A stretch of 64,000 nt of DNA from Bdellovibrionota bacterium (GCA_041739995.1 JBGSMV010000029.1:64001-128000), one strand, 5' to 3'. Positions 9,553-19,227 are shown, numbered from the stretch's first letter. Notes: generated by a model not told the origin, from the sequence alone. Numbers and translations: made by a program.

Positions 9553-9663
9553 TATCCCTCCGGGGGTTTCGCCTCCGGTGAAAGACTATCCCTCCGGGGG
9601 TTTCACCTTCGGTGAAAGATTATCCCTCCGTTATCCCGCTGGGGGTTTCACCTTCGGTGAAAG
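9553..9663 (+). repeat. tRNA-linked hairpin repeats, cluster 2 (4 units, one truncated)
   Basis: Same unit at 9553, 9587, 9621 (partial) and 9632. Confidence 0.9.
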
Positions 9664-9848
9664 GGGGTTTTAAAAGAGTATTTTTAGAGAAGCTTCTTCC
9701 AAAAGGCCTCTTCGAATAATCAGCTTGGAAGGCTTCTCTTCAGCCGGCTTCCACAAGCCGACGTTCTTCAAATCAGAGCTTTTTCTCTTACTTCAACAAG
9801 CGGCACACTTTCGTACGTGCGCGAGATTTTTCTAATTTCACGCCGTAA

Positions 9849-11285
9849 CTAGTCCACGCGCAGCGCTGGGTTATCAATCGGATAGCGCAGACATGCGCCA
9901 TTAGTAAGCGCCACCTCGATATCAATCGATCGATACTGTGAGCGATAGTTGGAGCCAACCATGGTCCGATCAATATAGTGAGGTCGCAGCCTGCCACCTG
10001 GGTCTGGGTTGGCATTGCCTTTAAAGCTAAGCGTGCGAATTTCATTTCCTGAGCGCGTCATTGATTTCACACTTGAAACTTTATTGAGATAGGTTCCAGG
10101 CAGAATCACCACGGCGCCGAACTGAGTGTCGGACGTGGGCTTCCAGATGAAACCTACCTTTGCTCCATCGGTAGCATCTTGATCGTAACAAGTGCCGCGC
10201 GGAGGCGGCAGGCTGCCATCGTCATTGGTAGAAAAAGCATTGATATTTATAAGGTCTGTGGCGATTCCCGGTGGTGCCTCGAGCGTTGCTGAGGTTTCAG
10301 AGAACGGATTAAAGGCTTGAAATCCACTTTCTGTGGCAAAAGCGAATTCCTCTCCGGGATCCGACAAAAAGTCTCCTATGACGGTGTCGGCCGCTTCGGG
10401 AATTTGCGTTCGCATGATGCGTCGACCGTTTCGACCAATCACCGTAACCGCAGTAGTGCTGGACCCCCTTCGTGTAAACACAAGCACGTCTCTCCCGGTG
10501 GAGTCGCTCAGAGGGGAAGGGCGGCCGAAATTTCGTAACGAGCGCGAGATTCGATTAATTTTCTTAACTTTCCCGCTGACAAGATCGCGAACAAGGATGC
10601 GGTACTTTCCTTCATCCGGGCGTTGCAGCACTGCCGCACCGTCCCGTCGGCCATTCACGTCCATGAAGAAGGCAATGTCGTTGAATCGACCATGTCGGAA
10701 GGTTGAGGTACTCCCGGAGGAGAAAAGTCCTACGTTGACCTGCCAACGCATACGTCTGCGTGCGCGCTTGGTTATGGCTGCATCTGTAATGCCGTCTCCA
10801 TTAAAATCTCCGCCGGATATCACTAGGTCAGAAGGTGTTCCGAATAGAACGCTCTGTTCCTGGCCGCCCGAGCGAATGCCCCAGGTCAGCTGTCCGCTCG
10901 CAGAACGCACATAACCCACCACCGGAGCGGAAGAGGCAATCCAGTTTCCGACGATTAAATGATCGCCAACCTTTCCCGAAACTCCCAGGTTCGTATTGGC
11001 GCCGTCTCCCTTGGCTCGCCAACGGAGGTCTCCATCATTCTGAATCTGAACCACTAAGCGATCGCTGAGTCCGTCCTGATCGAAGTCAAGCGGCGCCGCA
11101 AGTGACACTCCAGAAACACAGAGTATAGCTAAAAGAGGCAGCAGAGCGAGCGCTGCGAAAGCGCTGGTTCTAAAAAACCCCCAAAGTTCTCTTCGGCGGA
11201 TCGACGAGAGCCGAGCGCAGCTCTTGATAAGCGCCTTTGCAGTAGCGGACTTTCCGTCGAAATGGAGGGTTCCGATATCATCCAT
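9849..11285 (-). CDS. Secreted protein with FG-GAP/VCBS-like calcium-binding repeats and an unassigned C-terminal domain; start uncertain
   Basis: Signal-like hydrophobic stretch, DFDQDGLSD, GDFNGDGITD, GDFLSDPGEE. Confidence 0.7.
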   Translation of the reverse strand: MDDIGTLHFDGKSATAKALIKSCARLSSIRRRELWGFFRTSAFAALALLPLLAILCVSGVSLAAPLDFDQDGLSDRLVVQIQNDGDLRWRAKGDGANTNLGVSGKVGDHLIVGNWIASSAPVVGYVRSASGQLTWGIRSGGQEQSVLFGTPSDLVISGGDFNGDGITDAAITKRARRRMRWQVNVGLFSSGSTSTFRHGRFNDIAFFMDVNGRRDGAAVLQRPDEGKYRILVRDLVSGKVKKINRISRSLRNFGRPSPLSDSTGRDVLVFTRRGSSTTAVTVIGRNGRRIMRTQIPEAADTVIGDFLSDPGEEFAFATESGFQAFNPFSETSATLEAPPGIATDLININAFSTNDDGSLPPPRGTCYDQDATDGAKVGFIWKPTSDTQFGAVVILPGTYLNKVSSVKSMTRSGNEIRTLSFKGNANPDPGGRLRPHYIDRTMVGSNYRSQYRSIDIEVALTNGACLRYPIDNPALRVD

Positions 11286-12306
11286 CCCTCAATGATACGT
11301 ATAAATCAGAAACAGGGAAACCTGGATCGAGCGTTCGCATTCCGTATGAAACGTCCGCAGGAGTCGCCTCAGCGAACTGATACTGGTAAATTCTCTCAAT
11401 CGAGCCAATTTGGTCGGTCAAATAGTTCCAAACCTGCTCGCCATAGGCCAGCTGCGAGTTCACCCCTTGAGCGCCTGATTCAGTGACCCACACCCCGACA
11501 CCTAACCCGTCAAGAAAATCTTCTATACCACCGTTTCGCACCACGTTCTCAAACTGCTTGCCGTAGTAGTGAATGGCCCAACGGTCTACGAAACTGAGAG
11601 CGCCGGCATCTCGCATCGCTCGATTGTAATCGAGCGTTTCAGAGTAGTTCTGATTGATTGCGGTTGTGGCAGCGTTCAGCACCATGGCTCCTGGACTGAT
11701 TGACTTAACGACGCTGTGTGAGAAGGCTAGCATCTCAACATATGCTATCGGATCAGTTACGAATCCCATCAGTTCATTATCTGGAAATAGCGTGGTGTTA
11801 GGCTCATTCCAGATTTGATAGCCGATGATACGAGGATTATTCTGATAGCGCCTTGCCACGACTCGAACCCAACGTTCTGCGAATGTTTTGCCGCGATTTC
11901 CATCGACAAGATTGGCGGGGTTAGACAGCCAAGATGGTACGCCCGTCAACACTATCAACGCATCCATGTCCGCTGGTATCGCGGCAACGACGCTGTCATA
12001 AAAGCCGAAGTTCGGAGTGGCGGAAGGGCTTGGTTGTACCGCGTCGCTCCACGCAAACAAAACGCGCACGAACTTAAGTCCAAGCTGATTGCGAATCTCA
12101 CGAAACTGCTGTCGGGGGGTTCCAAATCTTGCATCGGCCGCAAACGCATTGGTCCCAAGGATGTTCTTGTTAATGGGCTTGCGGTCAGGATTGATTGAGT
12201 CAACTAGGTCGCTTGCAGAGCTGTTGCAGCCCCACAACACTAAGGCTGAAAGGCTGACGCACAATATCGGGGCAATAAGACGCTGGAATCCAGAAACTAA
12301 CCGCAT
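11278..12306 (-). CDS. Clan GH-A (GH5/GH39-like) glycoside hydrolase, lipoprotein
   Basis: LWGC lipobox; YQIWNEPN acid/base, AIHYY, VWVTESG nucleophile. Confidence 0.8.
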   Translation of the reverse strand: MRLVSGFQRLIAPILCVSLSALVLWGCNSSASDLVDSINPDRKPINKNILGTNAFAADARFGTPRQQFREIRNQLGLKFVRVLFAWSDAVQPSPSATPNFGFYDSVVAAIPADMDALIVLTGVPSWLSNPANLVDGNRGKTFAERWVRVVARRYQNNPRIIGYQIWNEPNTTLFPDNELMGFVTDPIAYVEMLAFSHSVVKSISPGAMVLNAATTAINQNYSETLDYNRAMRDAGALSFVDRWAIHYYGKQFENVVRNGGIEDFLDGLGVGVWVTESGAQGVNSQLAYGEQVWNYLTDQIGSIERIYQYQFAEATPADVSYGMRTLDPGFPVSDLYVSLRDG

Positions 12307-12564
12307 TTAATCCTCCTGATCTTCAAGAAGTTTTTCTTTCTGAGACTCATACTCATCATCGGACAGAGCGCCTTGGTCATGAGCACGCTTTAAATCAGAA
12401 AGTTCCTGACCCACTGTGGTCATTCGATGATGATAGACCGTCTTCGCGCCGCTTCCGCCGCTACAGGCCGTGGCAAAGCCCAAAACACCACACACCACTA
12501 AACAGGTCGCAAGGCGAACAAGAGCAATCACGTGGTTTTCGTTCGGAACATACTTCAACAACAT
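12307..12564 (-). CDS. SHOCT-domain small lipoprotein
   Basis: TTVGQELSDLKRAHDQGALSDDEYESQKEKLL; ATAC lipobox. Confidence 0.8.
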   Translation of the reverse strand: MLLKYVPNENHVIALVRLATCLVVCGVLGFATACSGGSGAKTVYHHRMTTVGQELSDLKRAHDQGALSDDEYESQKEKLLEDQED

Positions 12565-12708
12565 CGGGTCTCCTGCGCAGCGCGCGTCAAATCAAAAGAA
12601 TTAGCGTCGGGTGAGGATACTTCACGAGGAAACTAGTCGAAAGGTTATTTCGCTGGAGGGAGGATTCTTGGGGACACGAGATACTCGTGAGGGTAGAGAA
12701 TCTAGGGG

Positions 12709-13776
12709 TTAGGGCCTGCTCGGTACTGGATCGGTATATGGGCGCTCCTTAATAATTTGGGTACGGCCCTCGAACCGTTTCTTAATTTTGAGCTCAGAGG
12801 GCACCCTGTCGTTGTGTGCAAGGTATGTATAGATCCGCTCGGCCGCCATCCGATGCGCGATCTCATTAGGGTGGCGGTCCCCGCCCGGAATCACCTGTAG
12901 GCGATCGAGCGGAATTCCTTTGAACAACTCGAACAGATCGAGAGACGCTACGTCTCCTTTCTTCAGAAAGGCGTCGACTCGATGATGGATTGGATGAAAG
13001 GGATATGAGTCGTCGAGCGGAAGCCCAAACAGTGGGAAGACTACAGCGACCAGGGGGACATTGGCTGCCTTACATTTTCTGGCAATCTCAGTGACGGCGC
13101 CTTCGAATGCCTCGCGGGAGCGGCGCTCTTCAAAAAGTTTTAGGAAATACTTCTGATATTCATCGGCGGTCTTGTTGTTATGCAGGCGCTCAATGGCAAA
13201 GCCCAACGACTTCCAATGTTTGCCGAGACGTCCTATGAAACCGCGCGGTTCATAAGCACCGAAGCTCCCGAACTCTCTGATTCCGGTTGGGCGATAGGGT
13301 TTTAGCTCCGGATCGTTGAGTGTAATTTGAAGCACTACCAAATCGCTTTGCATTGCGATGGCGCGATCGACTTCTTCGATTTCATGATTGGTGGAATACC
13401 CAGGCACTCCAAAGTTTATAACTTCTGCGCGAGTTTCTACGGCGTTTAGATTCAACATGCGTTCAAGCACTTTGGGAAACGCATCTGTAAACTGCATGTA
13501 GGGGGCGAAAGTGTAGGAATCTCCAACCACTGCAACGCGAAATGTGTGCGGCGGCTTCTGCTCAGCGTAGGCGTAGTCCTTCAAGGTGGGACTTTCCTCT
13601 GCTTGAAAGTAGAAAGCTGGACGATCGGTCCACTGAGTCGCGGGCTGCGATTGGCTCTGGAATATTCGAAATGCGAGCTCCACCGCAGCGAGTCCAAGCA
13701 CTAATCCAAATGCGCTCACTGAAGCAGAGAGCATTATCTTTGTGAGAAGCGAGCGCTCGACCGTCATAATAACCAT
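12709..13776 (-). CDS. Membrane-anchored SGNH/GDSL hydrolase
   Basis: VGDSYT, INFGVPGYS, LND, DRHPN blocks; N-terminal TM helix. Confidence 0.85.
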   Translation of the reverse strand: MVIMTVERSLLTKIMLSASVSAFGLVLGLAAVELAFRIFQSQSQPATQWTDRPAFYFQAEESPTLKDYAYAEQKPPHTFRVAVVGDSYTFAPYMQFTDAFPKVLERMLNLNAVETRAEVINFGVPGYSTNHEIEEVDRAIAMQSDLVVLQITLNDPELKPYRPTGIREFGSFGAYEPRGFIGRLGKHWKSLGFAIERLHNNKTADEYQKYFLKLFEERRSREAFEGAVTEIARKCKAANVPLVAVVFPLFGLPLDDSYPFHPIHHRVDAFLKKGDVASLDLFELFKGIPLDRLQVIPGGDRHPNEIAHRMAAERIYTYLAHNDRVPSELKIKKRFEGRTQIIKERPYTDPVPSRP

Positions 13777-13930
13777 TTGAAACTATTCATAAAGCCCGCT
13801 TCATTCGGCCTGAGAACCGCACAAAGCCTGTGAGCATCACAAAGGCACTTTTTCAGGTTCTTTCTTGGTTTCAGAAAGCTCTCGTGTAGCGCGGTTTTAA
13901 TTGTTTCTGCAACCACCAGAAGGAACACTT

Positions 13931-14965
13931 ATGGAGCAGATTTTTGTGACAACGCCCTCAACTCAAGGGTCAAACCCTCAAGACTCCTCTTCTCAGAGTC
14001 GTTCAGAGGCGCGCGCGCAACCAAAATCGTATGAAGTGCGCGTTAAGGACTTCCTGATGGCCTGTTCTGAAGGACGCGATGAGGCGCTCAAGAACTTTCA
14101 TGGCGCCGGTGCAGCGCAGCCGCCACTTGACCGAGCCGACCGAGAAGTGGTTCTGCATTACGCACTACGGCAGGTGCTGGTCCAGACCATAGCTGATCCA
14201 CAGCCGACTTGTCAGGCCGTCGATCTTGATCGCAAGACCCAATGGGAGAGTCTCATAGCGGTGCTTCTCGGTGATGCTAAGGGCGACGCTGAAGTCGCAG
14301 TAAGGCATCCCGCATTACAGTCCGCATGCAAAGAGTGTGTGCGTTCATTGGCGGACGTGCTGAGTCTTGAAAGCGTACTTTCTGACGTGCCATCCCCTGG
14401 AATTTCAACCGCCACAGCGAAGTTTGTGCGTACCCTGCTTAACGACCTCGAGGGGAGACACAGTGATGCAGATAATTCCATTGAGCCAGATCCAGGCAAT
14501 CACATGCTGCGTGGAATGGGCGCGATTCTTTGCGGGCGCCTTCAAGTTGGTAGTGGGGAAGGGTATCAAGCTGCCGCGCAGTTCTTGAGGCATGAACTTT
14601 CCGATGAAATTGGATTTAACGCCTTTGACCGAGAGATATCACTTTACTTTGCTACTAGAGAGTTAATCGACCGCACGTTCAGTCCCGCTCATGGCAAACC
14701 TGACTTCGAGAAGCTTTCACGCGAGTGGGGGGCGATGTTCCGGCTTGCCGCATACTGTGGGCACGCGGGCGATGAGTTTGTGAGTGATCCTCATCGCGCC
14801 ATCGCGCGGGCGTTTCAAACTACGCGTGAAGCAGGGTGTGGGTTCAAGATTCTCGCCCAAGTGGCGGAGCGCTTGAGCGACGATGCGCAAAAATTATACC
14901 TAGACCATCTTATCCTCGGCGATTTGCCCGGCTCGCTCGATGCCCAGGAGCGTATCGCCGCTTAG
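13931..14965 (+). CDS. Hypothetical protein with internal two-fold repeat
   Basis: Long ORF, AGGAA RBS before ATG 13931; DRExxLx(Y/F)AxRxxxxxT occurs twice. Confidence 0.6.
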   Translation: MEQIFVTTPSTQGSNPQDSSSQSRSEARAQPKSYEVRVKDFLMACSEGRDEALKNFHGAGAAQPPLDRADREVVLHYALRQVLVQTIADPQPTCQAVDLDRKTQWESLIAVLLGDAKGDAEVAVRHPALQSACKECVRSLADVLSLESVLSDVPSPGISTATAKFVRTLLNDLEGRHSDADNSIEPDPGNHMLRGMGAILCGRLQVGSGEGYQAAAQFLRHELSDEIGFNAFDREISLYFATRELIDRTFSPAHGKPDFEKLSREWGAMFRLAAYCGHAGDEFVSDPHRAIARAFQTTREAGCGFKILAQVAERLSDDAQKLYLDHLILGDLPGSLDAQERIAA

Positions 14966-15070
14966 CTCGGCATATGCGCCCTTAGGTTAATCCCCCTTTG
15001 CGGCCAGCTTCGCCGCTGCCTATGGTTAGTCATTACAGTCGAGTGACCGCGATTGGCGTGACGAGGAGCC

Positions 15071-16240
15071 ATGTTCAATAAAACGTCTGAATACTTTCCC
15101 ATTAAGAAGAAAACGATCTTTCTCAACAGCTGTGGGGTTTCAGGTCTGTTTGCGCCTGCGGCCGAGCGTGTTAAGGAAATTCTTGACTGCCACTGTAGTG
15201 GCGGCATGGAGATGTGGGTCAAGTATTGGGGTGATCTCGATCGGCTTCATACATCTGGTGCGGCGTTGCTTGGGACAAGCTCCGAGAATATGTCGGCGGT
15301 GTGCAACACTGCCGAAGCACTCTCCATGATAGCGAACGGATATCCGTTTGAGAGTGGCGACGAGATTATCAGCTATGTGCATGAGTACCCATCGAATCAT
15401 TATCCCTGGGTGATTCAGCAGGGCCGCGGAGTGGTGCTTAAACTCTTACCCGATGTTGCGCTCTCTTCTGGCCTGCCCGAAGGACTTCCGCGCGCTTGGT
15501 CCATGAGTGACCTTGAGAAATTAGTGACTTCCAGGACTCGCATGCTTGCGATTTCTCATGTGCAGTTCGCGAGTGGCTTTGCTGTTGACCTAAAAATGCT
15601 CGGAGAATTTTGTGCCGAAAGGGGCATCGATTTTGTAGTCGATGCCGCTCAGAGCCTAGGCGTGCTCCCTATTGATGTTGAAAGGATGAAGATCTCAGCG
15701 CTCGCCGCATCGGGCTGGAAGTGGCTCGCTGGTCCGGTTGGAAGCAGTGTTATGTACACCTCCAAGGAGTTCAGGAAAAAACTGCGGATCACCATGGCCG
15801 GACCAGAATTGATGGAGCAGCAAGAAGACTATCTGGATCATTCCTGGCGACCACTGCCGGATGGAAGAATGTTTGAATACAGCAGTCCTCCGTTGGCTCA
15901 GATTGGGGGACTTGCCACGAGCGTCGAGACTATCGGCGTGCAGTATGGAATCGAGAAAGTTTACGAAGAAGCCAAGAAATATAGGCGAATGCTTCGAGAG
16001 GGTTTAGACACCTCTAAGCTTAAGCCCGCTCTTGTCCCTGTGTATTTTGGTGACGAGCACGACTCTGGAATCATGTCGTACATGACCGTGGATGATCCGA
16101 ATGTGCTCGTGAAACGACTGCGTGCCAGTGGGCTTACGTGTTCCACTCGTGGAGGCTATCTAAGATTTGCACCGCATTTTTTCAATACGGCAGAAGAAAT
16201 GGAGCAGGCGATTAGGATAGTCAATGAGGTAATGGGGTGA
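15071..16240 (+). CDS. Class V PLP-dependent aminotransferase-fold enzyme
   Basis: VVDAAQSLG, ASGWKWLAGP (PLP lysine), LRFAPHFFNT. Confidence 0.85.
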   Translation: MFNKTSEYFPIKKKTIFLNSCGVSGLFAPAAERVKEILDCHCSGGMEMWVKYWGDLDRLHTSGAALLGTSSENMSAVCNTAEALSMIANGYPFESGDEIISYVHEYPSNHYPWVIQQGRGVVLKLLPDVALSSGLPEGLPRAWSMSDLEKLVTSRTRMLAISHVQFASGFAVDLKMLGEFCAERGIDFVVDAAQSLGVLPIDVERMKISALAASGWKWLAGPVGSSVMYTSKEFRKKLRITMAGPELMEQQEDYLDHSWRPLPDGRMFEYSSPPLAQIGGLATSVETIGVQYGIEKVYEEAKKYRRMLREGLDTSKLKPALVPVYFGDEHDSGIMSYMTVDDPNVLVKRLRASGLTCSTRGGYLRFAPHFFNTAEEMEQAIRIVNEVMG

Positions 16241-16328
16241 AGCGGCCTTCATGTGAATTGTTTGTTCCAGTGAGCGTGTTGCTCCATGGATGCCTTCTAC
16301 CGGAAGCTCAGTAGTGTTCTCCAGTACC

Positions 16329-16934
16329 CTAACCTAAAGCGCCTATAAGAGTAGCGGGTGGTCGAGGGGTGGACGTCGGTGTTGGTGTCCTTGGGAATTT
16401 GGTGATGCCTGGCGTTGGGGTGCGAGTGGGGCCTGGCGGCGGTTTAGTGAAACCAGAAGTAGGAGCGGGGGCTGGGGTTTTCGTCGCCCGTGGAGTTCGT
16501 CCTCTAGGAGTTGGCGAGGGCGTCGGACGGGATCTAGTCTCAAGATTAGTGGTGTCGACCTGACTGTTGATTCTGTCAAACTCTAGAGTGACCGATATTT
16601 CAGCGATCTCTTCTGAGATTGCTATCGACTCTGAGCTCAGAGAGGTGTTTTCATCGGTGACTATGAATGTCAACTGAGGAGCCTCAAGTGTGGTGATGAA
16701 GACGAAGGCACCTCCCGCTTCCGTCACCGTAGTTTCTCCAGACTCAGCGATTGCAACCAGCGCTCCTTCAATAGGGGATTGGTCCGTCTCTTGGAGAATT
16801 CCAAAGATCCGTGTTTGTCCGCCGAGATCTGTTCCTGAGGTCCCTCCACCGCAGCCCTGAATATGAGCCAAGCAGAGGCAAAGTAGGAGAAGAGCGACCC
16901 CCGAAAAGATGAATGACCGATTTTTACTGCGCAT
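16329..16934 (-). CDS. Lipoprotein with prealbumin/carboxypeptidase-regulatory-like beta domain and Pro/Thr-rich tail
   Basis: IQGC lipobox, CGGGTSGT, PIEGALV..TVTEAGGAF, TPTP repeats. Confidence 0.65.
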   Translation of the reverse strand: MRSKNRSFIFSGVALLLLCLCLAHIQGCGGGTSGTDLGGQTRIFGILQETDQSPIEGALVAIAESGETTVTEAGGAFVFITTLEAPQLTFIVTDENTSLSSESIAISEEIAEISVTLEFDRINSQVDTTNLETRSRPTPSPTPRGRTPRATKTPAPAPTSGFTKPPPGPTRTPTPGITKFPRTPTPTSTPRPPATLIGALG

Positions 16935-17736
16935 CTTTGTGCTCCACTACACTGAATGTACCGAGTGCCACGCGTACCAGCTTGCCCGAAAAGTTCGGGT
17001 CTGGATCGATCTCTTGGTCAAATTTGCTTAAGAACTCGCGGGTGCGCAGATGCAGATTGTGTCCCTCGCGAGTCAGCCAGGCACGTATTTCATCAAGGTT
17101 TTCATCTCTAACGCAATCATATTCTGTGTATGCGTGTAGGTTCGGAATTTTTGGTCCATGAAGAAGGTTTTCCTCTACCGCATAAATGAGTCCCTGCATG
17201 TCCCGCTCCAATAGCTGGAAGCCCTTCTCTGGATCTCCTTGAGGCACGAAAGATCCTTTAACCAAGGCCACGCCTGCTCGTCGTTTCTCAATGGTTCCGG
17301 ATCGCTCGAGTTCGGAACGAATCGCCCCAGCTCGAGTGTCGGAGCTTACCGCGGCGACAAGTTGGGTAAACTCGGAATCTTTGCGACCGATGGTGAGAAC
17401 GCGTGGCGTTCCTGCACTAGTGGTAAAGCGCTTGTCGGTTTGCCACATCCCCACGATACGAGTGATGACATTGGTGTCGCTACTTGTGGGAGGCTCCCCG
17501 CTGTTGATGTGAGCCACGTCTCGTCGATGCACCCCGGTCATCACACTAATCCGACTGTCAGTAATCCGACTGTCTGACCGCCTCAATATCTCCTGAGCCA
17601 GATCGCACAGCTCGCTTTTGGCGCAGTCCACCAAATCATGCAGCTTAAGGCCGTGCTTCAAAGCGAAGCGCAGCACAGGACGCAAAAGGTAGCGCAAGAA
17701 CTGCGCGGCTACGTCCCGTGATTGCTTTAAAGCCAT
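16924..17736 (-). CDS. DUF6502 family protein (putative HTH DNA-binding)
   Basis: LLRPVLRF..G, SRISVMTGVHRRDV, W.TD..F, F..LV..VSSD.R...I..EL.RSG. Confidence 0.75.
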   Translation of the reverse strand: MALKQSRDVAAQFLRYLLRPVLRFALKHGLKLHDLVDCAKSELCDLAQEILRRSDSRITDSRISVMTGVHRRDVAHINSGEPPTSSDTNVITRIVGMWQTDKRFTTSAGTPRVLTIGRKDSEFTQLVAAVSSDTRAGAIRSELERSGTIEKRRAGVALVKGSFVPQGDPEKGFQLLERDMQGLIYAVEENLLHGPKIPNLHAYTEYDCVRDENLDEIRAWLTREGHNLHLRTREFLSKFDQEIDPDPNFSGKLVRVALGTFSVVEHKDAQ

Positions 17737-17825
17737 ATATGTAATAATTTCCCATCTCGCAATGCAAAGCAAGGTGAATCAATTATAGAGCGATATTAGA
17801 TAGTTAGACTATTTTCTAAGAATGT

Positions 17826-17854
17826 TTGACTAAGCCACGACCTGGCCATATTCT
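17826..17854 (+). promoter_or_regulatory. Candidate sigma70 promoter
   Basis: TTGACT-N17-TATTCT followed by AGGAGG RBS and ATG 17889. Confidence 0.55.
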
Positions 17855-17888
17855 TAAGGTGTGATTAAATACCACCTTTAGGAGGCTT

Positions 17889-19148
17889 ATGAAAACCCGT
17901 ACGTTATTGTTACCGAGTGTTCTCTTTCTTCTCGCGCTGCCTGGTGCGGCAAGTAGTCAACAGTTCGATGTTCTCGACCTGACGGCGATTTGCGGCATGG
18001 GGACGGCCCGCATGAACGATGCAGGCGTAGTTACCGGTCGTAGCTATCAGGATGAAGCGAGCCGCGGACTTGTATTTGACCAGAACGGCTGTCACGAGCT
18101 TCCTGTTCATTCGATTCGCCCTGGATTCATGAGCGAACCTAATATTCTCAGTCCCGAAGGAATTAATAATCTGGGTGATATCGTCGGAAGCGCAAATGCC
18201 GCACGCGGAACTGCAGGCACCGATTCAGCACATGTATATAGTGCGCCAATAGCTCTGCAGAATTATTCCGCCGAGGGCGCGCGCTCTCGCCAGATTCACC
18301 TTAGGGGTACCGGCGTCGAGGGGATAGCGAGAGCTATTAATGACAATGGAATGGTAGTGGGCCATCTCAGTGAGCCCACGATTAACGATGATTTTCGGCA
18401 ACCATTCGCCGCGTTTCGGGGCGGAAGCATTCGACTGCTTCGCATGCCGCAAGGATCCGTAGGGGGAGAGGTTAGCTCGACCAATAACCGGAATGAAGCC
18501 GTTGGAACTACTGGATCACTATTCCGCCGTGACGGGTTGACCATGCTGGGTGTGAAGCCAACGATTTGGCGCCGTAGCTCCGTCGAGAGATTGACTCTTC
18601 CAGAGGGGCACACCTTTGGCGAAGCCTTGGATATTAACAGTCAGTCGGTTGTGGTCGGATACGCACGGGATGGACTGGCCGATCAAAGCAACAGGGTTGT
18701 TCCGGTGCTCTGGGATGAATCAGGTCAGGTGCGCGAGCTTTCCTCTATGCCTGGACTATACCAGTTTGACGGAAACAACCAAGGTATGAGCAGTGCGATC
18801 AATGATTGTGGTTTTGTGGTGGGAAGAACGGCTGGCGAGGGAGCAGTGATTTGGACTCCTGAGGGGCAGCGTTTCGCACTGTCGATTCTGTCCTTTCGAG
18901 GACCTCTGCATAGTGCATTAGACATAAACAATCAGGGACAAATACTGGTGACTACTGGCAGCTCAGTTCTATTGCTCAACCCTCGGCCTGGTTCAATGTT
19001 TGCGGAGAGCTGTGAGTCGTTTACCGCTATCTATCCGTCATACCCGCCTTTGACTGAAGCTCCCCCGAAGAAGAACTACAAAAAGAAGATAACCAAGAAA
19101 AAGTCTGCTCAGCAGCAGAATAAAAAGACGAAGAGAACGCGTCGATAG
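17889..19148 (+). CDS. Secreted HAF-repeat-like beta-propeller protein with Lys-rich C-terminal tail
   Basis: Signal peptide; repeated A..INxxGxVVG motifs; KKNYKKKITKKK tail. Confidence 0.75.
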   Translation: MKTRTLLLPSVLFLLALPGAASSQQFDVLDLTAICGMGTARMNDAGVVTGRSYQDEASRGLVFDQNGCHELPVHSIRPGFMSEPNILSPEGINNLGDIVGSANAARGTAGTDSAHVYSAPIALQNYSAEGARSRQIHLRGTGVEGIARAINDNGMVVGHLSEPTINDDFRQPFAAFRGGSIRLLRMPQGSVGGEVSSTNNRNEAVGTTGSLFRRDGLTMLGVKPTIWRRSSVERLTLPEGHTFGEALDINSQSVVVGYARDGLADQSNRVVPVLWDESGQVRELSSMPGLYQFDGNNQGMSSAINDCGFVVGRTAGEGAVIWTPEGQRFALSILSFRGPLHSALDINNQGQILVTTGSSVLLLNPRPGSMFAESCESFTAIYPSYPPLTEAPPKKNYKKKITKKKSAQQQNKKTKRTRR

Positions 19149-19202
19149 CTGATACTGGGAGAATCGTCGTCTGGCGGCTCTCTCTTTACTTTTGCTTGAA
19201 AG

Positions 19203-19227
19203 GCCGCCAGGGGTGTCCCCTGGCGGC
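19203..19227. terminator. Hairpin between convergent genes (probable bidirectional terminator)
   Basis: GCCGCCAGGGG-tgt-CCCCTGGCGGC, perfect 11-bp stem. Confidence 0.6.

Noticed and set aside
9267..9663. CRISPR array
   Set aside because: Units are separated by only a few bases rather than unique 25-45 nt spacers, are interrupted by a tRNA, and no cas genes are present.
9164..9673. 169-aa ORF with repeated SLRGF/GGFTFGER peptides
   Set aside because: It overlaps both tRNAs and is simply the translation of the DNA repeats.
9171..9849. Integrative element or prophage at the tRNA genes (also at tRNA-Pro)
   Set aside because: No integrase or phage genes, and I saw no duplicated tRNA 3' end in the window.
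15071..16240. The missing SufS cysteine desulfurase
   Set aside because: No RxGxHCA or SSGSAC catalytic cysteine loop; the region reads CSTRGGYLRF, so it is a different class V enzyme.
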